Shown one piece after another: positions 52,219-62,320 of a DNA stretch of 64,000 nucleotides (position 1 is the first letter of the stretch; the number at the start of each line of letters is the position of its first letter). The stretch is from a virus (lineage: Duplodnaviria > Caudoviricetes), in IMG/VR virus record IMGVR_UViG_3300024262_000013; one strand, given 5' to 3'. The position numbers were made by a program, and so were the translations under genes. The notes under the pieces are model-generated. The model saw only the letters and a list, made by a program, of their open reading frames with translations. It did no database searches and had not been told where the DNA came from.

Positions 52219-52742
52219 AAGATTTAAATCAAATTTTCCCACAATTAAAAGACCTCGACACCAACTTAAATAATTTAGACGGTTGGGCACTATCTATAGA
52301 GTGTTTTTATTGGATATATAATAATATTGAAAAAGGTTCAAACATTATTGAGATAGGTAGTGGTCCTGGAACGATGGAGTTATCTAAACACTTCAACACA
52401 TATAGTTTAGAACATCAAGAGAGATTTACAAAATTAGCACCTAAAGCTAATTATATACTAACAGAATTAGTAGATGGTTGGTACGAACCTGAAATAGTTT
52501 TTAATTCTTTACCTGAAGAATATTCTCTTATTATTGTTGATGGTCCACCTAACTTAGGTCAAGAAAAAACTAGAAATAATATTAAAAAGTATTGGGATAG
52601 GTTCGATACTTCAGTACCTATAATTATGGATGATACACATAGACAAGATGAATATGAATTTGCTATTGAAACTGCAAAAGAATTAAATAAAGAGTGGACT
52701 CAATACGAAGGGTGGCAAAAAAACTTTATAGTGTTGACATAA
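52215..52742 (+). CDS. Class I SAM-dependent methyltransferase
   Basis: IIEIGSGPGT (motif I), YSLEH, LIIVDGPP and IIMDDTHR motifs. Confidence 0.8.
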   Translation: MKDLNQIFPQLKDLDTNLNNLDGWALSIECFYWIYNNIEKGSNIIEIGSGPGTMELSKHFNTYSLEHQERFTKLAPKANYILTELVDGWYEPEIVFNSLPEEYSLIIVDGPPNLGQEKTRNNIKKYWDRFDTSVPIIMDDTHRQDEYEFAIETAKELNKEWTQYEGWQKNFIVLT

Positions 52743-55126
52743 TGATAGAATTAAAAAAAACAGATTATTTTAATGATGCTCTACATCATTTGGGTAAAAA
52801 GGGTGAGAAATTATTCACACTTAATATCGGTGCGATGGATGGGATTACTTTTGATGAGATGTCAGGGTATATAAAAATGTATAACTTTAAAGGGTTATAT
52901 GTTGAACCTATTCCTGTTTATTATGACTTATTAAAAGAAAATTATAATGATGATGGTAATTTATTTGAAAATAGTGCAATTTCAGATTATGATGGAGAAA
53001 TAACAATGTTAACCATTGATAAATCAGTTATTGACCAAGGATTAGTTCATCCAGCATTTTTAGGGATGAGTGCGGTATACCCACCAAAGAATGGACTAGG
53101 TAGTGAAGGTGACCGTGAAGTGGTTGAAAAATACGGAAAAAAAATTACAGTACCATGTATTACCTTCAATCATCTATTAACTAAACATAATATAGATAGT
53201 TTTGATGTTGTTAAAATTGATGCCGAAGGACATGATTATAATATTTTTAAACAAATTGATTTAAAAAAATATAGACCTAGAATTGTAAGAGCGGAATGGT
53301 CAAGTATTGAGGATTTTGAGAAAACATCTTTGATAGAACAATTAAATAGTGCGAATTACATATATGGTATCGAAGCAGATGATATTGTTGGTATTACTAA
53401 AGAGTTATATGATGAGATTTACAATAAAAAAGAAGAAATAATGGTAGATATGAAAAGTAATGGGGTTACTATAGTCACAGGTTTATGGGATATAAAAAGA
53501 GATGGACTTACAGAAGGATGGTCACGTAGTTATGAGCATTATTTAGAGAAGTTTTCACAATTATTAGAGACACCTAATAATATGATTATTTTTGGAGATA
53601 AAAAATTAGAAGAATTTGTCTTTAAAATTAGACAACATGAGAATACTCAATTTATTGTTAGAGACCAAAGTTGGTTTAAAGGAGAATTTTATGAACCAAT
53701 TCAAAAAATAAGAACTAATAAAGAATGGTATAATCAAACAGGATGGTTAGGGGAATCAACCCAAGCTAAATTAGATTTATATAATCCATTAGTGATGTCT
53801 AAACCATATCTTTTACATGACGCAAAAATTATGGATAAATTTAAATCCACTCATTTATTTTGGTTAGATGCCGGTATCACCAATACTGTACATAACGGAT
53901 ATTTTGTTAAGGATTTATTTTTAGGTAAGATGGAAAAAACTGACAAAATGACGTTCATTGCCTTTCCATATGAGACTAATAGTGAAATTCATGGGTTCGA
54001 ATATAATAAATTAAATGAATTGGCCGGTGGTAAAGTAAATAAAGTATGTAGAGGGGGGTTTTTTGGGGGACCAGTTGAAGATATATCTGATTTTAATACG
54101 GAATACTATAATTTAATGAAAAGTACTCTAAAAGACGGATATATGGGTACAGAAGAGTCTCTATTTTCGATTCTTTTATATCGTTACCCCGAAAATTACC
54201 AATACTATCTTATAGAGGGAAATGGGTTGATTAATAAATTTTTTGAAGATGTTAAAAATGATAATCATGTAGTATTAAGTGAGTCAAAAACTATATCATT
54301 AAAAAATGATTTAGATATTAATAATACTGCACTCTATGTGATAACATTTAATAGTCCTAATCAGGTTAAAACATTAATAAAATCAATGAAAGAATATGAT
54401 GAAGATTTTGTTACTAAACCAAAATGGATTTTATTAGATAATTCAACAGATTTAAGTACCACACCAGAATATGAGAGATTATGTGAAGAGTATGGGATTA
54501 CTCATATTAAAAAAGATAATTTAGGTATCTGCGGTGGTAGACAATGGGTTGCTGAACACGCCGAAGAGAATGGGTACGACTACTATTTCTTTTTTGAAGA
54601 CGATATGTTTTTTTATCCTAAGAAAGGTGAGGTCGGTAAAAACGGTTTTAATAGGTTTGTTAGTGGGTTATATAGGAAATCCTTACAAATATCTAAAAAA
54701 AATAATTTTGACTTTTTAAAATTATCATTTAGTGAATTTTACGGAGATAATAGAGTTCAATGGGCTTGGTACAATGTACCTCAAGAATTTAGAGAAATTC
54801 ATTGGCCCGAAAAACCAACATTACCTGTCCAAGGTTTAGACCCTAATGCTCCTAAAACTAAGATAACTAAAATAGATACATTTAACGGTGTACCGTATGC
54901 TCACGGGGAAATTTACTATTGTAATTGGCCTCAAGTGGTATCTAAATATGGTAATAGAAAAATGTTTTTAACTGAAAAATGGTCTAGACCATTTGAACAA
55001 ACATGGATGTCATATATATTTCAAGAAACTGTAAAAGGTAATATTAATCCAGGAATTTTACTACTTACTCCAACTGAACATGACCGATTTGACCATTATG
55101 ATGGTAAATTAAGAAAAGAGTCATAA
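52742..55126 (+). CDS. Fusion of an FkbM-family methyltransferase, an HtrL/YibB-like GT and a GT2-like GT
   Basis: Likely ATG at 52742 (TAATG overlap). NIGAMDG, YVEPIP, VKIDAEGHD (FkbM); VTIVTGLWDIKR, FWLDAG, GGFFGG (HtrL-like); YVITFN, LLDNS, NLGICGGR, YYFFFEDDM (GT-A fold). Confidence 0.8.
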   Translation: MIELKKTDYFNDALHHLGKKGEKLFTLNIGAMDGITFDEMSGYIKMYNFKGLYVEPIPVYYDLLKENYNDDGNLFENSAISDYDGEITMLTIDKSVIDQGLVHPAFLGMSAVYPPKNGLGSEGDREVVEKYGKKITVPCITFNHLLTKHNIDSFDVVKIDAEGHDYNIFKQIDLKKYRPRIVRAEWSSIEDFEKTSLIEQLNSANYIYGIEADDIVGITKELYDEIYNKKEEIMVDMKSNGVTIVTGLWDIKRDGLTEGWSRSYEHYLEKFSQLLETPNNMIIFGDKKLEEFVFKIRQHENTQFIVRDQSWFKGEFYEPIQKIRTNKEWYNQTGWLGESTQAKLDLYNPLVMSKPYLLHDAKIMDKFKSTHLFWLDAGITNTVHNGYFVKDLFLGKMEKTDKMTFIAFPYETNSEIHGFEYNKLNELAGGKVNKVCRGGFFGGPVEDISDFNTEYYNLMKSTLKDGYMGTEESLFSILLYRYPENYQYYLIEGNGLINKFFEDVKNDNHVVLSESKTISLKNDLDINNTALYVITFNSPNQVKTLIKSMKEYDEDFVTKPKWILLDNSTDLSTTPEYERLCEEYGITHIKKDNLGICGGRQWVAEHAEENGYDYYFFFEDDMFFYPKKGEVGKNGFNRFVSGLYRKSLQISKKNNFDFLKLSFSEFYGDNRVQWAWYNVPQEFREIHWPEKPTLPVQGLDPNAPKTKITKIDTFNGVPYAHGEIYYCNWPQVVSKYGNRKMFLTEKWSRPFEQTWMSYIFQETVKGNINPGILLLTPTEHDRFDHYDGKLRKES

Positions 55127-55154
55127 TAAAATGTTACAAAATCGCTTATGCGAT

Positions 55155-55162
55155 TATTTATA
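55155..55162 (+). promoter_or_regulatory. TATTTATA motif
   Basis: Upstream of ATG 55181 and abutting a 6-bp inverted repeat. Confidence 0.55.
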
Positions 55163-55180
55163 TAGAAAGTATTTAAGTAT

Positions 55181-58100
55181 ATGGTTGGATATAAGGTAGG
55201 TCAAAAAGTTTTATTGCTTGACGGGTCTTTTTTGAATATTGAAAATGTTCAAGAAGGTATGTTATTGCAAACTATTGCTTTGCCCAATGATGATATAACT
55301 AAAGATGGTTTACAATGGTCCACTAAAGAAATAAAGGAGTTACGATATGTTTCTTCTGAAGTTAACAAAGTTTCCAAACAAAATAATGAATTTATTAGTA
55401 TTAATGAATTATCATTAAATGATAAGGAAATATTGGTATATGATACCGTAGATTCGAAGTTCGAGTTTAAAAATGTTAAAGACTTATCCTTAGGTGATGA
55501 TTATAAGTTAGTAAGAATTGATGGAGATAGTATACTATTGGAAAATATTTATAGTTATGAAAAATCTAATAACGAAGAAGATTTAATATCTATAAGTTTA
55601 AATGGTCCTTTTCATTATCTTTTAGATGGGTACATAGTACATAATGATGTTCCAAACATTTGTGTTCGTAATTGTTCTAATAATGCGATAGCATGTATTG
55701 GTAATACCTCGACACCACCTTTAGTGGCGGGTAGTACTGGGTTTATAGATAATTTTGGTAATTGTTGGTTAGCGATTAGTGACTGCAATAGTTGTACCCC
55801 TACCGTATCATTTACAGGTACAATACAGTCGGTATGGAATGGTAGCTCATGTCTTGATTGTCCTAGTAGTGATGTAACACCAACCCCAACACCAACCCCA
55901 ACAATTACACCTACAATAAATAATGGTCAATTTCAGTCTTGTTGTCCTCCTTTTGGCTCTACTAATCTTTCATATACAAATGGGTCTATAAATGATATAT
56001 TTATTTATAATGGTGGTTGTTATAAACTCATAAATTCTTTGGGTTTCGGTGGTCCAATGGCTACATTGTCCACAGAATTTGCCGATTGTGAAAAGTGTGT
56101 TTTGGAAAATCCTTGTTCTGAACCAACTCCGACTCCAACCAATACTCCTACTCAAACTCCGACTCCAACCAATACTCCTACTCAAACACCTACAAATACC
56201 CCGACTATAACTCCTACGGAAACAGTAAGTTATCGTGAATTACGAATTAGAGATTGTTGTACTGATACTTTAGAACTATCTATTATGGTTCCTGACGCTT
56301 TAATTAATAATTTTATTACCACTGGTGCTGCATTCATTTTTAATGATTGTTGTTATTATGCGTTTGCTACAGGTGGAAGTGGTAGTGATGGTGTTAGAAA
56401 CACATCCGATTCAACTGATTGTAATAAATGTCAGACGACGCATCCATGTGCCGAATGGTTAATAGATGCTATTGATTGTTGTGATGAATCGATAACGTTA
56501 TCAGAAAAATTCATAGTGGCTTGTTCCGACCCACTAATAAAACCTAGTGTATTATACGGCGATGTTTTTACTTATAATGGTACGTGTTGGGATATTGTAA
56601 GTGAAACCCAAACAACAGGAGCAACAATAACGTTAGATATTAGTGACTTTTATAATGACTGTCCTTCTTGTGTGACTTGTCCAACAAACACACCTACCAA
56701 TACTCCAACAAACACACCGAAACCAACAGTAACTCCATCTGTAACTACTACTCCATCTGTAACTACAACTCCAACAGATACTCCAGCTGTAACTAAAACT
56801 CCAGCTGTAACTACAACACCAACAGGTACTCCAGCTGTAACTAAAACGCCATCAGTAACAGTAACTCCAGCTGTAACTACAACACCAACAGGTACTCCAG
56901 CTGTAACTAAAACGCCATCAGTAACAGTAACTCCAGCTGTAACTACAACTCCAACAGATACTCCATCTGTAACAGTAACTCCATCTGTAACTGTAACTCC
57001 ATCTGTAACTACAACTCCAACAGATACTCCATCAGTAACAGTAACTCCAGCTGTAACTACAACTCCAACAGATACTCCATCAGTAACAGGTACTCCAGCT
57101 GTAACTACAACGCCATCTGTAACTGTAACACCAGATGTAACTACAACTCCAACCAATACACCTACTCAAACGCCAACAGGAACTGCTCAAATAACTTTGA
57201 CTCCAACTAACACCCCTACTCAAACGCCAACTAATACACCAACAGGTACTCCTTTATCTACTCCTGGTGTAACACCTACTAATACTCCGACAGGAACTGC
57301 TCAAATAACTTTGACTCCAACCAATACACCTACTCAAACGCCTACTAATACTCCAACTAATACTCCAACTGAAACGCCGACTAATACACCTACCGAAACA
57401 GCTAACGTAACTGCTACACCTACTGAAACACCTACAAATACCCCAACTAATACTCCGACCAATACAGTAACTCCAACAGGTACTCCTCAAGTAACTCCAA
57501 CGAATACCGTTACCCCAACAGGTACGGCAGCGGTAACTCCAACTAATACTCCGACCAATACAGTAACTCCAACAGGTACTCCATCAGTTACACCTACAAA
57601 TACCCCAACAAATACTGTAACTCCAACAGGAACTGCACAAGTTACTCCGACAATTACACCAACAAATACGGTTACTCCAACTAATACGGTTACTCAAACT
57701 GTTACGCCAACTAATACGCCAACTCAGACTGTTACGGTGACTCCAACGGATACTCCAGGTGCGAGTCCAACATCGACACCTACTAATACGGTAACCCCTA
57801 CAGTTACACCAACAAATACACCAACAACTACTGTAACTCCTTCAATAACTGCTGAAGTTACACCAACAGGTACTCCTTCAGTAACAGTAACGCCAGATGT
57901 AACTGTAACTCCATCAGTAACAGTAACTCCATCAGTTACACCTACAAATACACCAACTGAAACTGCTAACGTAACTCAAACTCCTACTGAAACTCCAACT
58001 AATACTCCAACAGGTACTCCTGGTGTAACACAAACTCCTACTGAAACACCAACTGAAACACCAACCAATACGCCTACTAATACACCAACAGGTACTCCTG

Positions 58101-60895
58101 GTGTAACACAAACTAATACACCTACCGAAACTGCTAACGTAACTCAAACTCCTACTCAAACGCCTACTGAAACACCAACTAATACTCCAACGGGAACTGC
58201 TCAAGTAACTCAAACACCTACTGAAACTCCGACAAATACCCCGACAGGAACTGCTCAAGTAACTTTGACCCCTACCGCTACTTTGACATCTACACCAACA
58301 AATACCCCAACTAACACTGTTACACCAACAGGAACACCATCAGTTACACAAACTAATACACCAACTCTTACTGTTACACCAACAGGTACCGCTCAAGTTA
58401 CTCCAACGAATACCCCAACAAACACAATTACTCCCTCAATTACAAGTAGTGTTACACCAACTATTACTCCAACTAATACAGTAACACCAACGATAACACC
58501 AACAGTTAGTGTCACTGTCACGCCAACAGGTACACCGGGAGCAAGTCCAACATCCACTCCAACTAACACTCCAACTAATACTGTAACACCAACTATAACC
58601 CCTACCAATACTGTAACACCAACTAATACTCCAACATTAACCCCAACATCTTCGACTGCTGGGTGTTCGGCAATTATAACCACAGGTACTACTGTGACCT
58701 CTACACCAACACCAACACCAACACCAACACCAACACCTCAAGGGGGTACATCTGTCGGTGGTGAGGTGACTTTCGTAATTGACCAAGGATATTTTGACTG
58801 TGGTGAAGTAGCAAGATTAACTAATTGTGTAAACCTTAGTAATGTAATACAAGAATTTTACGTTACGTCCCCAATAACTTATAGTGGAGGTACCGTAACA
58901 TCGGGTACAACATTTAATGGTACTATAGATGGTATAGAATATTGCTTAACGTTTGTTGAGGAAATTGATGGTTCTTCAACACATATTTTAACATCTGTTA
59001 ATAGTGTAGATGCCGATTGTGCCGATTGTATTACACCTAGCCCAACACCAACAGTTGAATATTTTAGTCTATTTGAAAGATGTAATGGTGTACCATGTAC
59101 AGAAACTGGTATTAACTTTGGTGAACAAACCGACCCTAATACGATTATCTCTAATTGGGTTAGATTCTCATCATTCGCAGGTGTTAATTATCCTGGAACA
59201 ACTATTAAATCAGGATTACAAACAAATGGTAGTATAATTACTAATGACCCTTCAAAATATTTCTATACAGGTACAACTAACCTTGATTACTTAGGTGTTT
59301 TATCTTCTGTAATGACAGAAGGTGAAAACGTTGGACCATCAGGTTTACAACAAAATAATACTGATAGTGGTAAATTCTACTATAATAACTTTATTAATAA
59401 ATTTGTAGTTTGGTTTAATGTCAAGGGACAAACAAATGGTTGGAAATGGGCAACATGGGACCCAACAGAAAATACCGGTTTACAATACGGTAACCCGACA
59501 GCCACAAGATTTTTAACTACAAGTACTAATTGGTCGACAGCATCTTTAACTATTTCAAATCTAACCGTTAGTGGGGCATCTAATACAGTTGTTACTGCAA
59601 TTAATAAGATTACTGATGCTGGTGGTGTTACGGATATGATTCAGTGTTCGCAGAATAGTGGGTTATATAATGGTTTTTACTCTACTTGTGGATATGAGGA
59701 ATATACACATGAGGTTACTATGGGTAGTACCGCGACTGATAATGATACTATAGGTCTTGTCTTAGCAGCATTTAAAGATAATGATGGTATATATGGTCCA
59801 TCAGGTCAAACACAAACGTTACAATTAACTATTAACGGGGATAATAATAACTCTAGAATAATTTTCAATCAAAATAATAATACTCAATCGTTTACTGATG
59901 GTGCCGGTAATTTCAATACTTTAGTATGGCAAGGTACTTCACCATATGGTTCGGGTAATTATAACGGTAAAGGTCAAATTAGATTTAAAGTTGTAAAAAC
60001 AGGTACAACAATAAGTGTTTATAATACAAGTAAAATGGGTACAGGTAATGGTCAATTACCTATAGGTTCAACTAACCCATATACACTATTAGTTTCTATA
60101 GATTTAACTGATGATGCTACATGGACAAACAAACCTTCATATGCAGTTGGAACTGAGTTATTAAGGTTTACGGGTGGTACTCAATTTGGGTACTTAACCG
60201 CATCACAAAGACAAACACAATTCTACGATATTGTATTCTCAGGTTCACAACAGACAAATGATGATTCATTATATGCTGTAGGTCTTACAACCCCTGGAGC
60301 TAATAACGTATCAACCTTTAACGAAGTGGGTGGTTGTTGGGATTATGTAGGTGAAGTAACGGGATATACGGGTCCAACATATTCATTAACTATAGACAAT
60401 GTATACGTTAATTGTACTCAATGTCCTACAGATGATACACCTTTACCATCTAGTACACCATTAAGTAGTAGTGTACCAACATCAACACCGACACCTACTC
60501 CAACACAAACACCTATAATACTACCGACCCCAACACCAACTCCGACGCCACAACCATCGGGTCCTCATCAAATATGGGTATCAGGACCAGTAGGTCCTAG
60601 TAGTTGTAGTACTTTCTGTTCAATAAACTATAATGTAAGTTTAGAATTAACTTGTGATGGGATAGACGCAACCCAACCAACACATATATTTGGTATTCAA
60701 AATGGTATTGAAGGTGGTCACTACGCTTATTATTGGATTGGTGCATCTAATACTGGTACCGGAAATACAGGAGTATTTAGAATTGCTCAATGTAGTACTG
60801 AAAATGACCCATCAAGTCCAAATTATGGGTTATTCGGTAAATGTGATGGTGATTTATTTGAATGTGGTGCAGGGTCACAATGTGTACCAATTTAA
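55181..60895 (+). CDS. Giant mucin-like protein: N-terminal Hint-like domain, Cys-rich modules, ~690 aa Thr/Pro stalk, C-terminal beta-rich domain
   Basis: aa 1-155 are Hint-like, ending YIVHN. Repeated ...DCxxC modules precede a PT tract at 56681-58740. Confidence 0.8.
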   Translation: MVGYKVGQKVLLLDGSFLNIENVQEGMLLQTIALPNDDITKDGLQWSTKEIKELRYVSSEVNKVSKQNNEFISINELSLNDKEILVYDTVDSKFEFKNVKDLSLGDDYKLVRIDGDSILLENIYSYEKSNNEEDLISISLNGPFHYLLDGYIVHNDVPNICVRNCSNNAIACIGNTSTPPLVAGSTGFIDNFGNCWLAISDCNSCTPTVSFTGTIQSVWNGSSCLDCPSSDVTPTPTPTPTITPTINNGQFQSCCPPFGSTNLSYTNGSINDIFIYNGGCYKLINSLGFGGPMATLSTEFADCEKCVLENPCSEPTPTPTNTPTQTPTPTNTPTQTPTNTPTITPTETVSYRELRIRDCCTDTLELSIMVPDALINNFITTGAAFIFNDCCYYAFATGGSGSDGVRNTSDSTDCNKCQTTHPCAEWLIDAIDCCDESITLSEKFIVACSDPLIKPSVLYGDVFTYNGTCWDIVSETQTTGATITLDISDFYNDCPSCVTCPTNTPTNTPTNTPKPTVTPSVTTTPSVTTTPTDTPAVTKTPAVTTTPTGTPAVTKTPSVTVTPAVTTTPTGTPAVTKTPSVTVTPAVTTTPTDTPSVTVTPSVTVTPSVTTTPTDTPSVTVTPAVTTTPTDTPSVTGTPAVTTTPSVTVTPDVTTTPTNTPTQTPTGTAQITLTPTNTPTQTPTNTPTGTPLSTPGVTPTNTPTGTAQITLTPTNTPTQTPTNTPTNTPTETPTNTPTETANVTATPTETPTNTPTNTPTNTVTPTGTPQVTPTNTVTPTGTAAVTPTNTPTNTVTPTGTPSVTPTNTPTNTVTPTGTAQVTPTITPTNTVTPTNTVTQTVTPTNTPTQTVTVTPTDTPGASPTSTPTNTVTPTVTPTNTPTTTVTPSITAEVTPTGTPSVTVTPDVTVTPSVTVTPSVTPTNTPTETANVTQTPTETPTNTPTGTPGVTQTPTETPTETPTNTPTNTPTGTPGVTQTNTPTETANVTQTPTQTPTETPTNTPTGTAQVTQTPTETPTNTPTGTAQVTLTPTATLTSTPTNTPTNTVTPTGTPSVTQTNTPTLTVTPTGTAQVTPTNTPTNTITPSITSSVTPTITPTNTVTPTITPTVSVTVTPTGTPGASPTSTPTNTPTNTVTPTITPTNTVTPTNTPTLTPTSSTAGCSAIITTGTTVTSTPTPTPTPTPTPQGGTSVGGEVTFVIDQGYFDCGEVARLTNCVNLSNVIQEFYVTSPITYSGGTVTSGTTFNGTIDGIEYCLTFVEEIDGSSTHILTSVNSVDADCADCITPSPTPTVEYFSLFERCNGVPCTETGINFGEQTDPNTIISNWVRFSSFAGVNYPGTTIKSGLQTNGSIITNDPSKYFYTGTTNLDYLGVLSSVMTEGENVGPSGLQQNNTDSGKFYYNNFINKFVVWFNVKGQTNGWKWATWDPTENTGLQYGNPTATRFLTTSTNWSTASLTISNLTVSGASNTVVTAINKITDAGGVTDMIQCSQNSGLYNGFYSTCGYEEYTHEVTMGSTATDNDTIGLVLAAFKDNDGIYGPSGQTQTLQLTINGDNNNSRIIFNQNNNTQSFTDGAGNFNTLVWQGTSPYGSGNYNGKGQIRFKVVKTGTTISVYNTSKMGTGNGQLPIGSTNPYTLLVSIDLTDDATWTNKPSYAVGTELLRFTGGTQFGYLTASQRQTQFYDIVFSGSQQTNDDSLYAVGLTTPGANNVSTFNEVGGCWDYVGEVTGYTGPTYSLTIDNVYVNCTQCPTDDTPLPSSTPLSSSVPTSTPTPTPTQTPIILPTPTPTPTPQPSGPHQIWVSGPVGPSSCSTFCSINYNVSLELTCDGIDATQPTHIFGIQNGIEGGHYAYYWIGASNTGTGNTGVFRIAQCSTENDPSSPNYGLFGKCDGDLFECGAGSQCVPI
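56681..58740 (+). repeat. Coding Thr/Pro repeat tract
   Basis: Includes a perfect 66-bp tandem repeat of ~2.3 copies at 56798-56949. Confidence 0.9.
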
Positions 60896-61002
60896 ATGAT
60901 ATGAATAAAAAAAATAAAATTGAAAGAGAGATTAATACTTATAGTAACATAACATATTCACTTAATAACGTGAGTGATTATAATAATAGGATAGACAAAT
61001 AA

Positions 61003-62298
61003 ATGACTACAGTATCAGTAAATACGGCAACAGGAACATCACCCTTTCAAATATGGGTGGCAAATGGTTGTGGAGTTAATGCTCAACAAACTTATATTAG
61101 TCAAATTATTAGTGCGGATATCCCATATACATTTAACTTACCATCTCAGTATGAAAATTCTCCATTCTGTGTTAAAGTAATTGATTCGGATAATTGCGAA
61201 GTTTGTGATTGTTTTGGTTTTGGTCCGACGCCAACACCTTCAGTAACCGCAACGGTAACTCCTACGGTAACTGTTACTCCAACACTGACTCCGACACCTA
61301 CCGTTTCTGCACCATGTCCAACTCCGACATATTACTATGGTTCATTTACAGGTAACGGATTTACCTCATCCGCAACATATACCTTATCTCCAACATTACA
61401 CAATGGAAGAGCTCAGTGGGTCTCACCAAGTAACGGAACAATACAGTGGGTTGGGAATAGATGGGAAGTGTCATTTTATAATTTAGCTGGTGTTTTATAT
61501 TATAACCTAAATATGACTATAGATTCACCTGATACTATAAATTGGGTATTACAGGGATGTGCCGCGGATTTCCAATGTGCGGTTTCATTCACAATTGGAG
61601 GATGTGGTTTACCGACCCCAACACCTACTACTACTCCAACAATGACTCCAACCCCTACCGTCACATCAAGTCCGGGAGCTAGTCAAACACCAACACCTAC
61701 GAATACGCCAACCAATACGCCAACCAACACTCCGACTCAAACACCAACTAACACACCTACCAATACTCCAACAAATACTCCAACAAATACTCCAACACCA
61801 ACTAATACCCCAACGACTACTCCAACGACTACCCCAACGACTACTCCAACGACTACTCCAACTAATACGACTACTAACACACCGACTCCAACAGTTACTC
61901 CTTCATCGACAAGAGGCGTGATTTATAACTTCTATTATACGATGGCATTAGGTAGTAGTGGTATGAGTAATGGTAAAATAATGTTTAGTCCGAATGGTTC
62001 AATCAGTAGCTCAACGTTATCGATAACGGGGGCGACAGATATTTTAGTTGCGAGAGAAGAAAATGGTTCTATCGATAGAACTGATGAACTAACAGGTGTA
62101 ACTACAGGTAGTGAATTTTTAATTACATCCATAGATAATCCTTTTGAAAATGTTGTATTAACAGTTGATGAGCCCGACCCACTATTCAGCGTAGCCCAAA
62201 GTTTTGTTAGGTTTCCTATATTAACTTTAGAAAGTTACACAAATGAGCCACCTTTTAGTGCTGGTGAATCATTAGAATTAACAATAACCTTACAATGA
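61003..62298 (+). CDS. Thr/Pro-repeat protein with small globular domains
   Basis: PT tracts at ~61.23-61.32 kb and ~61.61-61.91 kb. TACTTATA lies upstream at 60936-60943. Confidence 0.75.
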   Translation: MTTVSVNTATGTSPFQIWVANGCGVNAQQTYISQIISADIPYTFNLPSQYENSPFCVKVIDSDNCEVCDCFGFGPTPTPSVTATVTPTVTVTPTLTPTPTVSAPCPTPTYYYGSFTGNGFTSSATYTLSPTLHNGRAQWVSPSNGTIQWVGNRWEVSFYNLAGVLYYNLNMTIDSPDTINWVLQGCAADFQCAVSFTIGGCGLPTPTPTTTPTMTPTPTVTSSPGASQTPTPTNTPTNTPTNTPTQTPTNTPTNTPTNTPTNTPTPTNTPTTTPTTTPTTTPTTTPTNTTTNTPTPTVTPSSTRGVIYNFYYTMALGSSGMSNGKIMFSPNGSISSSTLSITGATDILVAREENGSIDRTDELTGVTTGSEFLITSIDNPFENVVLTVDEPDPLFSVAQSFVRFPILTLESYTNEPPFSAGESLELTITLQ

Positions 62299-62320
62299 TT
62301 AGTAATTTAAAAAATAAATA

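Noticed and set aside
52694-52741. ORF-track starts at 52694 (also 3512 and 28289)
   Set aside because: Downstream starts at 52742, 3533 and 28298 overlap or sit close to the upstream gene's stop, like other coupled junctions here, and are more plausible.
40727-58740. Repeats as a possible CRISPR array
   Set aside because: The units are in-frame coding repeats with synonymous variation and no unique spacers. No cas genes are in the window.
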